A stretch of DNA of 63,968 bases, filler included, from Octopus bimaculoides (Eukaryota): the NCBI RefSeq assembly GCF_001194135.2. It is 7 parts of 6 records of this genome, joined end to end, with 100 filler letters (N's around TTAATTAATTAA, not from the genome) between each part and the next. Parts side by side here need not be neighbours in the genome. Positions count along the whole stretch, not along the records: positions 25,188 to 47,772 come from NC_068983.1; positions 47,873 to 50,225 come from NW_026410867.1; positions 50,326 to 61,883 come from NC_068983.1; 4 more parts are not named here. One strand, written 5' to 3'. Below, piece by piece: positions 41,556 through 54,661 of this stretch. The notes beneath the pieces were generated by a model. That model had not been told where the DNA came from. It saw nothing but the letters and a program-made list of their open reading frames with translations, and did no database searches. Each line of letters starts with the position of its first letter. Position 1 is the stretch's first letter. The translations under genes and the position numbers were made by a program.

Positions 41556-44500
41556 NNNNNNNNNNNNNNNNNNNNNNNNNNNNNNNNNNNNNNNNNNNNN
41601 NNNNNNNNNNNNNNNNNNNNNNNNNNNNNNNNNNNNNNNNNNNNNNNNNNNNNNNNNNNNNNNNNNNNNNNNNNNNNNNNNNNNNNNNNNNNNNNNNNNN
41701 NNNNNNNNNNNNNNNNNNNNNNNNNNNNNNNNNNNNNNNNNNNNNNNNNNNNNNNNNNNNNNNNNNNNNNNNNNNNNNNNNNNNNNNNNNNNNNNNNNNN
41801 NNNNNNNNNNNNNNNNNNNNNNNNNNNNNNNNNNNNNNNNNNNNNNNNNNNNNNNNNNNNNNNNNNNNNNNNNNNNNNNNNNNNNNNNNNNNNNNNNNNN
41901 NNNNNNNNNNNNNNNNNNNNNNNNNNNNNNNNNACATACACAGATATTCATGTAAAAAAGTAAGAATAAACTTAAAATAAAAATAAAACTTAAAATACAA
42001 TAAAATAAAAAATAAAAAAATAAAAAATAAAGGGAGTCATATCGGTGGGGCGGGTAATCTAGGAAGTAATAAGAGAAAGTCTGGATAGTCAAGTAAGCTA
42101 CATCTAAGCTATTTAGATGGGTTGGTGAAGGGTGGTGAGGAACAATCTAAATGTAGAAGAAGAAAATAAAGTGATAAATAGAATAGATACAGAGATCTTA
42201 AAGGTCGTAAGGGATAGATATGTATGAGCTGTGTCTGTCTATATCAGTGGTGGGTCGTAAATAAGAAGTGTCATGCCAGAATAGACTTGGAACATGTACT
42301 GCAGAATCCTTTGTAGTTTTGTTGTTATTTTTTGGATTTACAATTTATTCTTTCACCGCAACCACTAGCTGGAATACACAGGTGCTTACAATTGTCAAGT
42401 ATTACCTCTAAATTTCAATTTACCTATATATATATCATCATCATCATCATCATTTAACGTCTGCCTTCCATGCTGGCATAGGTGGGATGATTCGACAAGA
42501 GTCAGCCAGGCAGAAGCTTGCACCAGACTTCTGTAACTGTTTTGGCAGAATTTTTAGAGGTGGATGCCCTTCCTAACACCAATCACTCAGCAGAGTGGAC
42601 TTAGTGCTTCTTATGTGGCACAAGCACAGGCAAGGCCAGTTTTGGCAAGGTTTTTACTGCTGGATGCCCTTCCAAATGCCAACCACTTTACCGTCTAGAT
42701 TAGGTGCTTTTAAGTGGCACCTGCACTGACAGGGTCACCAAGAACTTGCAAGACAAAAAAAAATCTCTTTTGAGAAGGGAGGGGGCATTGGAGATGATCT
42801 TGTGTTGGATGATGAAAGGTTATAGTAAGATAGAGAGACAGAAACAGGTGTCTTGCTGTAGAGGAGGTACAAGGTTACCTAGCCGGAGAGGGAGGGAGGA
42901 AGAGAGAGAGAGAGAGAGAGAGATCAGGAATGAAGACAGTAAAAGGTGTGGCAAGGAAATACATGGTTACCCAACCTGAGGGAAGTGAAGGAGAGAGTGG
43001 AAGACAGCAGTATAGAGGTGGTGGCAAAGTAAAAGCGTGTGCGTGCGTGCGTGTGTGTGTGTGTGCATTTTGTTTTTTTTTTCCCATATATAACCTGAGA
43101 AGTGTTGAAAAAAGTACAAAACATTTAATAAGTGTTGTCTGCAAGAAATGTTAGGGAAGTATTCACTAAAAGCAAGGCACATTGTGTAACATAGTCCAAA
43201 ATACACTATTCCTGGTCAAACAATGACCATAACCAACCCCGAACGCTACCTTCTTTTTACTTTTCTATGTTGCATCCTTCAATATTTCTTAGGGCAACCC
43301 ACACCCTCTTCAATTCCAGTATATAGACAAACCTAAATACCATTGCTCTAACTAAAGAAGTATTATTTATATCTTTTACTTGTTTGTCATTAGATTGTGG
43401 CCATGCTGAAGCATAGCCTTGAAGAATTTTAGTTGAATGAATCAACCCCAGTATGGATTTCTTTTTTCAAACCTGGTTCTTATTCTATCAGTTTTTTTGC
43501 CAAACCACTAAGTTACAGAGACATAAACATGCCCATATATATATATAATTTATTAAACTTTACATCTGCTACTCCAAAAGATATGCAATTACTGCAAAAC
43601 TTGTACAATAAGCCACATATGTATTGCTCTTTTCTGGAACAATAATATGGACTTGTAATGAGTGTCTTTAAAAAGTATGTTAATTACATAGAACATTTTA
43701 AAACCTTTACAATACAAAATCCACACTTATTCTTAACCCTTCATTTCCATCAATTCCCATACGAATTATTTCAGCGGGCACAACAATGTTATTGTCGGTT
43801 ATTAGCTGAAACAAGAATAATTGAAAACAAAAGTTCCTTTTTAATTTAGCATTAGCCATCTTGCGACTAGTGTCATATATTTAGGTTAGAATCAAATACA
43901 ATAGAGAAAAGTAGGGCTTTCTTTATTTTGTTTAAATCCTCACCTATTTTTTTTTTTTACAAAAAAAATTTTTTTAAGCATGACCATAATACAGAAATTA
44001 TAAGAAAAAACTTTCACCTTTCTGACAAAGAAGCATTTTCGTATTTTTTAACTCAGGATTGTGTCACCAAAACACTAACCTTCTGCATTCAATTAGACAA
44101 AAACAAAACCTAACTTCAATCTGGGAATTATATTTCAATACTCTAATTTGTAAAATGAAGTGAATACGGTGACTAATAACCATGGATAATGCATGATCTT
44201 GGTGTTCTGAAATTCAACACAGTTGACTAAGCTGTGCTGACATTTGATGAAGGATTTTTTTTTTTTTGCTGATTTTCCTCACCCCACCCCACCCCCTTTC
44301 TAAATACCATCTTAGTCCCTTGGAAGTAATGTCAGCATACTTTAAATTTTGTGTAATCAAATTAAACTTTTTTTCTTTATTTCATCATCATTACCATTAT
44401 CATTCTTATTATTATCATTTAATATTCAACAATTCCCAACATAAAAAATTATCATCTAGAAAATCAAATAACTAACTTGTATTATAATTACAAGTTATAA

Positions 44501-44789
44501 AGATAGTCTCAAATTTTAGATTGCAAATTTGAAAACTATAAAAGTGATGTTGAACTTATTTTACTAAATCAATGTTGAAAGATGAAGGAAATCATATTGC
44601 TTAACAAGTAATTTTTAGAAACCTCCTGGTTTAAATTGATAATAAAAACAAGACAATTTGAAAAGACCAATCACTATTGCAAAAACAAAGAATTGACACT
44701 AATACTAACTTGACAACTATGTAGACACAAGCTACCAACTTAGGCTGTGAATACATTGCTTGATTGCTGCTCCAAGAATTTGTCTTAAA

Positions 44790-45010
44790 TTAACCCTTTA
44801 GCATTTAAACCAACGAAATCTGGACTAAATATTCTACCTATGTTATGTTCAAACTGACCTGACCTGGTCTCTCACACACATCCTATGTCATTCTAAAAAC
44901 AATCATATCCTCAAAGCTTTGAAGCTATAAGATAATGCATGATTAATTCATAACAATGTAAATAATTAAGCATTATATTTGATAGTGTACTTCAAATGTT
45001 AAAGAGTTAG
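44790..45010. mobile_element. piggyBac-like MITE family (TTAA|CCCTTTAGCA...AAGGG|TTAA); other copies at about 47047-47318 and 32542-32715
   Basis: Shared internal sequence and TTAACCC / GGGTTAA-like ends, degenerate. Confidence 0.55.
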
Positions 45011-45779
45011 GAGTAAATATACACAGAGACTTCATTTACATTTCTGTCTTAGAGAAAGAAAACAAAACCCAAGAGGTAAATGGTTAGTGAATGAGCAACT
45101 ATGAAAGAAAAGGGGAGATAATTCAATGAAATTAATTTAACAAAATTTATATGCTTTGGAGGCATAGACATAGTTGTGTTATAAGACATTTGCTTCCCAA
45201 ACACATAATTCTGGGCTTAATCCACTGCAAGGCAGATTGAGTGAGTATCATTTGCTATAACCTCAGGCTGAAAAAGGCCTTGTAAACAGATTTGGTAGAT
45301 AAAAACTGAAAGAAGCCCATCGTGCGTGCGTGCGTGTGTGTAGGGAAAATACGACAAAGTAGGAAATGCTAAAATAATTTTATCATGGAGAACATTTTAG
45401 TAATGGTTTCAGTCTTTGCGACTTTTTCAACTTAAGAGTAAAGCATGAAAAACAATTAAATTGTGGAAAAATTAAATGAAATGTTTTTTAAAAATATTTC
45501 CATAGTTTTCAAATGCAAGGGACAATTTCCTTTTTTCTGTCTGTCTGTCTCTTTTTTTTACTCTTGTGGGTTCTAGGTAGTTAGCAGCAGCTAGTTTGAT
45601 ATGAATTGTCTATGATTGTTTAAGCAGCAGCAGTAGTAGAGAAAGGAGGAGGAGAAAAGAAAAGAAGAAAAGAAGAATGCGAGAGTGGTAGGACAGTAGC
45701 AGGATGTTGATGGAATTCTCTTAAATGGTCAAGTGACCCATTGTGGTTGTAATAGTGGTGATTGGACTTGTTCTGAATA

Positions 45780-46535
45780 TATCTATGTGAAGTGACTGTT
45801 CTGAATATATCACTTTTAATATTTGTGTGGGTGTTATTCTAAGGCCCTGATGATAGTGTCATTTGTGATGGATGCATTCAAAAGGGGTTTATATTTTGTG
45901 ATAAAGAATGACTCTTTATTAATGCGCTGACTACAGGTTATATTGTTCCTGAATTGATGGGGGAAAAATTCTGAAGCTGGGTTGTTTGTTATTGGTGCAA
46001 ATGTCGATGTGTTCGCTGAATGCTATTTTTCTGTTTTTCGAAATTTTGATCTGGAATCTGTGCAGAGCCATCCTTTGACGTAGACTGTTTTTGGTTTAGC
46101 TTATGTATTGCTCTTGACACCCAGAGTAGGTTAATACATATATCAATCAGGTTCTCCAAAACACATGTGAAGTTGCTTTTCACTGTGAAACATTGACCCT
46201 GTTTGAAAGAGAACTCTGATCCCTCAATTAGAGTTGACGCATATACCCACAGTTAGGTCTTCCGCCCTTTTTTTACTGACAGCTTCAGTGTTGTTGTTGA
46301 GCATATTTGGGCCTGTGTTAGGAGACTTTTGATAGATTTGGGCTGCCTTTTGCTGTTTATGATGATGTGCGTTTGAAGGATTGAATTCATTCTGTGGTCC
46401 CTTTTTAGTAGGGGAATATTTTGGAGGATGGTGTCAAAGGCTTCATTGTTAAGAGAGTTGTGTGTGGAGTTGTATTATAGGGCTTTTGGTTTTAAATCCT
46501 TCTTTAATTTAGGATGTCTGAGTTCGTGGATGTTG
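45780..46535 (-). pseudogene. Penelope-like element C-terminal region with GIY-YIG endonuclease remnant
   Basis: Minus frames give NIPLLKRDHRMNSILQTHIIINSKRQPKSIKSLLTQAQ...CGRPNCGYASTLIEGSEFSFKQGQCFTVKSNFTCVLENL..YV...GCQEQYI...KNSLRQRMALHRFQI. Confidence 0.8.
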
Positions 46536-47872
46536 AGTTACACATACACACAAATATACACACACAAACATACACATATATATTAATATATCAATATAAA
46601 TATACACAGACACATATACATACACACACTGTGTTTGACATAACATGATAGTTGTAAACAAGTGGCGCTGTAATACAAACAATGTCCTTCATTCCTAATA
46701 TCTGGTAAAAACACATCTGGTCATGGGGAAACATTACCTTAACAGGAAACAGGTGATGAACCAACAGGAAGGGCATCAGGCCTGAGAAAATCCACCTCAA
46801 CAAAATCCATCTGATCCACACAGACATAGAGGAAGTGACATAAAAACAATGATGATGATGAGTAATTCTGATCTTTAAGAGCAGGCAAGGTAATAACTAT
46901 GGACATATTTCAGTTTTACTGGACCTTATCAGAGGTCAGCAGAGTCAGTTCAAACTTGCTTTTTCAATCAATATAGATTTTTACACAATACTGAAAAACA
47001 ACTCTAGCTGTCACCTTTGTTTTCTAACAAAGTTGTAATTTTCCCTTTACCCTATAGCATTTAAACCAGCCATATCTGGTCCAAATATTTCACCTGTTTT
47101 TGTGTTCAAATTGGCCAGATCTGGCCTCTTACAATGTTGTTCTAAAAATACTACTCTACACTCTAAGTACTACTCTAAAACTCTACAATGTTGTTCTAAA
47201 AATAAACATTCACACTGTCGAAATTTTGAAGCCACAAGATAATGCATGACTAATCTTTAAAAATGCGAATAAATAATCCTTACTTTTTGACAGAGTAATC
47301 TGAATTTTAAAGGGTTAAGCATATAAAATTATGTGAAATGAATTAACTTGCACAATAAATACACAATCAAGAGGATAATATTTAATTTAAGTATTACATA
47401 TATAATACATACATATTAAATCTGTAATACGAATCTACGATTATGAAGTCTATCTCCTGGCTGGTATTTTCCTTTACTATATTCAAAAATTCTCATCGCT
47501 CCTTTTAAAATTACGATTTAAGCGTTTGATGTCTCAGCCCAAGAATTCCAGCATGATGTGCTGCTTGACTGGTCCCCCCCTCTCTCTCTCTCTTTATATA
47601 TATGTATCTTTCTCTCGTCTATTCCTCTCAGTCTAAATCAGTCTCTCTGTCTCTCTATCGTAGTCTCCTTAAGGTTTCAGGTTCCGGGTATATAAATAAG
47701 AAATCCCTTCTAAATTGTCTTAAATCTCTTCTCCGCTGACATACTACGACGAAGTCTCCAAGATTATGCTGCNNNNNNNNNNNNNNNNNNNNNNNNNNNN
47801 NNNNNNNNNNNNNNNNTTAATTAATTAANNNNNNNNNNNNNNNNNNNNNNNNNNNNNNNNNNNNNNNNNNNN

Positions 47873-48978
47873 CAAAATATATAAGTCAAAAGAAATACAG
47901 AACGCGATAAAGGAACAAGGTTGTGAATACATAAAACTACAACCACCAAAGACCTTAAACTAAGGTCCATTATAGCTAGCTCAGCTTGTCCTACACATCG
48001 TCTAAGCAACCACATTGACATTAACCTAAAACCACTATGTTGTCACATACCCAGTTTCATTCGCGATGACATCGATTTCTTGTCACATCTACCCAAAACA
48101 ACAGAATCCCATTCACTACTAGTTTTGATGTAACAAACTTATATACAAGCATTCCACATGGTTTGGGACTTACTGCCATAAAATATTAGGTCGAGAAACA
48201 TAGAGAAGCGATTCCCAGTAGATTTACTGTAACCGTCATACTAGACGCGATCAGCCTCATCCTCGAAAACAACACATTCCTTTTCAACGGAAAAAACTAC
48301 CTCCAAATTCGAAGTACAGCTATGGGAACAGGATTTGTTCCAGTTTTCGCGAACTCAGTATTGGGGACACAAGGAAAAGATACCTCGATGATTCCCAATT
48401 TGGACCAAATCCCTAGAAAATCTGGAAGAATTCAGCACCCTCCCCAATAATCTACACCCTAGTCTCAAATTCACAGGAGAAATGAACACACAATTACCAT
48501 TTCTTGACATAATGGTAATCAAAAACAACATCACAATCACAAGTGATATTTATTACAAAAGCAGATACACATCAACATCAGTACCTAAATTTCATATGCC
48601 ACCCAATACACACAAAACGCAACATCCCGTACTGTCTAGCCAAGAAAATTTGTACTACAGTCGATGATCCAAATACCACAGACACACGACTTATAGAACT
48701 CAAAGGATTTGTGCTCAAGCAAAATTACTCTCTCCTACTTATAGGAAATAGCATACAACGAGCAAAAGAAATACCTATAGAACAACTTAGAACAACACGA
48801 AAAAGACGAACCCATCAAAGGAACACAATAACATTTCTAGTAACACACAATCCGCATCACCAAAACATTTTTAACATCATCAAAACAAATTTGCCATTCA
48901 TAAAACAAAGCGAAAAAAAAAACAAAAAAACATAACTAATCAAACACTTATCTTAAGCAAAAGGCAACCACATAACCT
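47873..48978 (+). pseudogene. Penelope-like element reverse transcriptase remnant (frameshifted)
   Basis: Across frameshifts it reads ...CPTHRLSNHIDINLKPL...FDVTNLYTSIPH...LENNTFLFNGKNYLQIRSTAMG...DIYYK..DTHQYLNFICHPIHTKRNIPY, motifs typical of PLE RT and its C-terminal region. Confidence 0.88.
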
Positions 48979-49531
48979 NNNNNNNNNNNNNNNNNNNNNN
49001 NNNNNNNNNNNNNNNNNNNNNNNNNNNNNNNNNNNNNNNNNNNNNNNNNNNNNNNNNNNNNNNNNNNNNNNNNNNNNNNNNNNNNNNNNNNNNNNNNNNN
49101 NNNNNNNNNNNNNNNNNNNNNNNNNNNNNNNNNNNNNNNNNNNNNNNNNNNNNNNNNNNNNNNNNNNNNNNNNNNNNNNNNNNNNNNNNNNNNNNNNNNN
49201 NNNNNNNNNNNNNNNNNNNNNNNNNNNNNNNNNNNNNNNNNNNNNNNNNNNNNNNNNNNNNNNNNNNNNNNNNNNNNNNNNNNNNNNNNNNNNNNNNNNN
49301 NNNNNNNNNNNNNNNNNNNNNNNNNNNNNNNNNNNNNNNNNNNNNNNNNNNNNNNNNNNNNNNNNNNNNNNNNNNNNNNNNNNNNNNNNNNNNNNNNNNN
49401 NNNNNNNNNNNNNNNNNNNNNNNNNNNNNNNNNNNNNNNNNNNNNNNNNNNNNNNNNNNNNNNNNNNNNNNNNNNNNNNNNNNNNNNNNNNNNNNNNNNN
49501 NNNNNNNNNNNNNNNNNNNNNNNNNNNNNNN

Positions 49532-50035
49532 ATGAAATTTTAGTAAGGTATATGGTAAACTTTGACAGCTGCTCATTTTGCGCCATTATTATATTCTGAC
49601 AATATTTTTTGTAAGAAAGCTGACAATTCTATTTCTTTATTCCAACTCATTTTGTACTTTATAAAGTATTTATAAATCTTTCTTTACTATTTTTGTTTAG
49701 AGATGGATAAGTTGGAAATTCATACAGTTTTGAAATACGAGTTCTTTCTTTTCATTAGTATCAAACTGGTTTTCAAAATTTCGTTCTGGTAACTTTGACC
49801 TCACAAATGAGCAACGCGGTCGACCAGAAACAAAGGTGGATAATGACGAACTGAAAGCCACTGATCTATCTCAAAGTGCCGGTGAATTATTGTTATTGTT
49901 TGGTTTTAGCAAATACAATATTGACTCACCTAGTTCAAAGAGGTAAAGTGAAAAAGTTGGATAAGAGGGTTCCACGTGAACTCAATGAAAACCAGAAACA
50001 GCAACGTTTGGAAGCCTATGCTAGTTTCTCGTGAC
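49532..50035 (+). mobile_element. Mariner transposase 5' fragment
   Basis: MDKLEIHTVLKYEF...WFSKFRSGNFDLTNEQRGRPETKVDNDELKA...GKVKKLDKRVPRELNENQKQQRLEA. Confidence 0.85.
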
Positions 50036-50194
50036 CTACATACACACATATATATACTTACACACATATACATTTATATACATACATTTATATTCATATA
50101 TACATATATATAAAAATATACATATACACATATATACACATGTATACATATACACATATATATATTATTTATATTATATTTATATATATTTGTG

Positions 50195-50225
<31 letters not shown>

Positions 50226-50381
50226 NNNNNNNNNNNNNNNNNNNNNNNNNNNNNNNNNNNNNNNNNNNNTTAATTAATTAANNNNNNNNNNNNNNNNNNN
50301 NNNNNNNNNNNNNNNNNNNNNNNNNTTTATTGCCGTTCTGAAGTATTTTCCACTAAATATTTTTTCCATTTTATTCCACAG

Positions 50382-50489
50382 AAACATGTATTGATGATAG
50401 AAGTTGTACGAATAACAGTTTTTGCAATATGAATATTCAGCAATGCCAATGCCAACCTGGTTTCAGAGAAAATGGAACACTTTGTTTCG
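50382..50489 (+). CDS. Coding exon, EGF-like domain (x-TCIDDRSCTNNSFCNMNIQQCQCQPGFRENGTLCF), phase 1-1
   Basis: Acceptor ttttattccacag and donor G|GTAAGC. 108 nt open frame with 6 Cys in EGF spacing. Its last G joins AC of the next exon to give the D of DINEC. Confidence 0.85.
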
Positions 50490-50709
50490 GTAAGCATATC
50501 AGATATTCAATTTAGTTTATTATTGGCTGAATCGTTAGCAAGCCGGACAAAACGCTTAGCGGTATTTCGTACGACTTACATCCTGAATTCAAATTCTACC
50601 TTTCATCCTTTCGGGGTCGATAAATTAAGTACCAGTTGCGTACTGGGATCGATCTAATCGACTGAACTCCTCCCCAAAAATTTCGGGTCTTGTGCCTAGA
50701 GTAGAAAAG

Positions 50710-50786
<77 letters not shown>

Positions 50787-50953
50787 TTCGACGACTAGCT
50801 GGTAGAACTGTTAGCGCGCCTGACAAAATGCTTCGTTGCATTTCGTCCGTCGTTACGTTCTGAGTTCGAATTCCGCCAAGGTCGACTATGCCTGTGATGC
50901 TTTCTCCTAAAATTTCAACCGCTTGTGCCTTTAATAGAAAGGGTTGCTGTTAA

Positions 50954-50984
<31 letters not shown>

Positions 50985-51549
50985 GAGTGAGAGAGCAGTG
51001 CATACCATCAAAGTGACACTGGGGTAAAATATACGAAGCCCAGTATACCTATCATGGTGAACTCATGATTAAAGCGAATGACCTCGCAGGTGGGGCCCAG
51101 TTAGAATTTTCTTCAGGTCGAGTAGCCCATCCCATTCAAAAGGTCTCTGAATAAGGGTTGTTTTAAAACGTCGGACAAAGCACCCATGTTTCCAGAGGTG
51201 AATCATCCAAACTCCAAAGTATTCCTCTTAACACATGACTATGATGATCCTCACCTACTTCTGCTCGTGATCAGAAATGCTCATATCGTCGGCCACTAAG
51301 GGACATGCTCAAATGGTTAAGGTCAAACAACTGACAAGCAAATCTGTGGTTTTGAGTAGAATATTTGCTGTAGCCCATCTTTTATACTAAGACAAAACAA
51401 TGTACATGATAACACTTCCAATCAGTTAAGATCAGAAGCCATGAGAGCCGAAAACTCATAGCTTATTTTGCTGGGTATGATGGAAAGTGTCAGATGTCCA
51501 CAGCCAGCAGACTAGGGTGACACTTGTTTACTTTAATAGAAAGGATTAC

Positions 51550-51625
<76 letters not shown>

Positions 51626-51628
51626 GTT

Positions 51629-51921
51629 GTGTAAGAGAGCAATGCATGCCATCTAAGTGACACTGGGGTACAAATACACAAAACCCAATATACTCATCAT
51701 GACAGTATTTTGCGTAGGATATGGGCAGTTCCCATGAGCACTATTTCTGCCATTTTGGGGTTTCCTGGTATCTGAGCTAGGTAGGAATCAGCCCCTTTTG
51801 CTATCATTCCTAGCGCACCTATGACAACAGGTATTGTTTTAGTCTTGAGGTTCCACATTTCGCCAATTTCTATTTCAAGATCTTTATACTAGCTCAGTTT
51901 TTGGTAGGTCTTGACAGATAC
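51629..51921 (-). mobile_element. R4/Dong-clade LINE 3' end, family B; related 3' UTR copies at 50985-51480, 54662-54930 and 63427-63741
   Basis: Minus: YKDLEIEIGEMWNLKTKTIPVVIGALGMIAKG...LMGTAHILRKILS, followed by the UTR shared with the other copies (plus-strand gagtgagagagcagtgcatgccatcaaagtgacactgggg). Confidence 0.75.
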
Positions 51922-51931
51922 ATTTATTACA

Positions 51932-52000
<69 letters not shown>

Positions 52001-52208
52001 AAGGCGACGAGCTGGGAGAATCGTTAGCACACCGGACAAAATGCTTGACGGCATTTCGTCGGTCTTTACGTTCTGAATTCAAATTCCGCCGAGGTCGACT
52101 TTACCTTTCATCCTTTCGGGGTCGATAAAATAAGTTGAGCACTGAAATCAATGTATTCGGCTTACCACCTCCCCACAAATTTCTGGCCTTGTGCCAAATT
52201 TTGAAACC
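52001..52208 (+). mobile_element. tRNA-derived SINE family B. Other copies: about 14205-14420, 50527-50710, 54940-55087(+); 33985-34110, 20340-20500(-)
   Basis: aaggcgacgagctgg..gaatcgttagcac...tacgttctgagttcaaattccgccgaggtcgactttgcctttcatcctttcggggtcgataaa recurs throughout the window. Confidence 0.85.
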
Positions 52209-52211
52209 AGT

Positions 52212-52245
<34 letters not shown>

Positions 52246-54138
52246 TATTATAGATGCACTTTAACTGTAATCGAACCATGGTAATGAACTCCCGAAATGG
52301 CCATAGGTGTGTTTGACTTGATTTTGTGGAACTCTTTTTGCTCTTGGACTCTAACCTATCATGGTATTACGAATTGAACTTTTTGGAAGTACTCTTTTGT
52401 GTGAGGAGAGTAAAAAAAAGTTTTTAGTCGGTTGATATCTTGTTTTATTTTAGTTTATTGAGATTTTTTAGCAGCTTTAGAATTTTTAATCGATTGTATT
52501 TACCACTTCGATAAGCCATTCTATATATTTGTATTTTTATTCGCATATATATTTTTACCTTCTGTGTTTTTTGTATATGTATATTTTATATGTTTAAGAT
52601 ATATGATAATATTTATATATGAGCAAATGTTTGGAGATATGGCGTTATACATAGAGTCGTTGATTCGAATTTGATGTTTGTTCTACGATCAATGTTACTT
52701 TATATGTATATATAATCAATTGGGATCACAAAGGAATAAACAATTGTTATGTATTTCATTAGTTTAGTAGTTTCTGCTATAAGATGCAATGCACTTATAG
52801 TGCAGTGCTTGTGTATAGTCCTATAGCTTCATGAAATGCAATTCTATTTGGGTAAGCATTTATATTGATGTATATACACAGAAAAGTATTACCAAAGAAT
52901 AAAGCGTACTCGTATGTGTGTGTGTGTATATATATATATTTATATATATTCTTTTCTTTTATTTGTTTCAGTCATTTGACTACGGCCATGCTGGAGCATC
53001 GCTTTTTTTACGAACAAATAGACCCCAGGACTTATTCTTTGTTAGCCTAGTACTTATTCTATCAGTCTCTTTCGCCGAACATCGGTTGTCAAGTGATTGT
53101 GAGAGACAAACAGAGACACACAAACATACATACATACACACACACACACACATGTACACACACACACACAGTCTCTTTCGCCGAACATCGGTTGTCAAGT
53201 GATTGTGAGAGACAAACAGAGACACACACACACACACACACNNNNNNNNNNNNNNNNNNNNNNNNNNNNNNNNNNNNNNNNNNNNNNNNNNNNNNNNNNN
53301 NNNNNNNNNNNNNNNNNNNNNNNNNNNNNNNNNNNNNNNNNNNNNNNNNNNNNNNNNNNNNNNNNNNNNNNNNNNNNNNNNNNNNNNNNNNNNNNNNNNN
53401 NNNNNNNNNNNNNNNNNNNNNNNNNNNNNNNNNNNNNNNNNNNNNNNNNNNNNNNNNNNNNNNNNNNNNNNNNNNNNNNNNNNNNNNNNNNNNNNNNNNN
53501 NNNNNNNNNNNNNNNNNNNNNNNNNNNNNNNNNNNNNNNNNNNNNNNNNNNNNNNNNNNNNNNNNNNNNNNNNNNNNNNNNNNNNNNNNNNNNNNNNNNN
53601 NNNNNNNNNNNNNNNNNNNNNNNNNNNNNNNNNNNNNNNNNNNNNNNNNNNNNNNNNNNNNNNNNNNNNNNNNNNNNNNNNNNNNNNNNNNNNNNNNNNN
53701 NNNNNNNNNNNNNNNNNNNNNNNNNNNNNNNNNNNNNNNNNNNNNNNNNNNNNNNNNNNNNNNNNNNNNNNNNNNNNNNNNNNNNNNNNNNNNNNAATAT
53801 AGTAAATTAATTTAATTTTTAATTTTATGACTCGAAATCCCTTCCATTTAGTTGAATTTAGACCCTGACCATTAGTAAGCAAGCTACTTACTACACAAAC
53901 ACGCTTGCGCCTAGCTACTAACTACATAGTCACATAGTCACATCTGTGCCTGTCTACTTACCAGAGTCACTCCTGCGCCTGGCTACTTTTGCCACACATC
54001 CACTCCTGTGCGTGGCTACTTACCACATAGCCACCCCTGTACCTATATAATATTCGTAATTCTAAGTTTGGGACCGGGGTTTACATTTTTATAATAATTT
54101 ATTGTCACTGTTTTTTTTTTTTTTTTTTTTCATTTCAG

Positions 54139-54258
54139 ACATTAATGAATGTGAAGAAGTCCATGATTGTCATGAGAAGGCTAACTGCACCAATCTGGAA
54201 GGATCTTACAACTGTACCTGCCTCCCAGGACTAAATGGCAATGGCATTAATTGTACAT
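54139..54258 (+). CDS. Coding exon, calcium-binding EGF domain (DINECEEVHDCHEKANCTNLEGSYNCTCLPGLNGNGINCT), phase 1-1
   Basis: Poly-T acceptor ...catttcag and donor T|GTAAGT. 120 nt, matching the cbEGF consensus D-I-N-E-C...C-x-N-x-x-G-S-Y-x-C-x-C. Confidence 0.93.
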
Positions 54259-54337
54259 GTAAGTATATATGACCATTACTATTTCATATACGCGCAGCAG
54301 ATTAAACTGTTGGAAAAGAAAAATTCCTAACATTGGG

Positions 54338-54365
<28 letters not shown>

Positions 54366-54370
<5 letters not shown>

Positions 54371-54617
54371 TAGTTTTATTTTTATAACGTGCTTTCACTT
54401 CACTACCGAGCGCAGCTCTGTGTGCCTTGGGTATGTGCAGTGGTTTGCTGTGATGCTCTTATGGTTACTGTATTGAAAGTGTTTTGCGTAGGATGTATGC
54501 GATGCCTAGTAGTGCTATTTTCTGTATGTTATATATATTTGTAAGTCCTGGTGTTTTTGTTATGTATTTGTCTGAATATTTTTTTATTATACCTAAGCCG
54601 CCTACTATGATAGGAAT
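54366..54617 (-). mobile_element. R4/Dong-clade LINE 3' end, family A, flanked by (ATT)n on both sides
   Basis: Near-identical to 19125-19377. Confidence 0.8.
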
Positions 54618-54629
54618 TTATTATTATTA

Positions 54630-54661
<32 letters not shown>

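Noticed and set aside
45847-45870. CUGAUGA on the + strand
   Set aside because: No downstream GAAA or stem II; it lies within the minus-strand PLE coding remnant.
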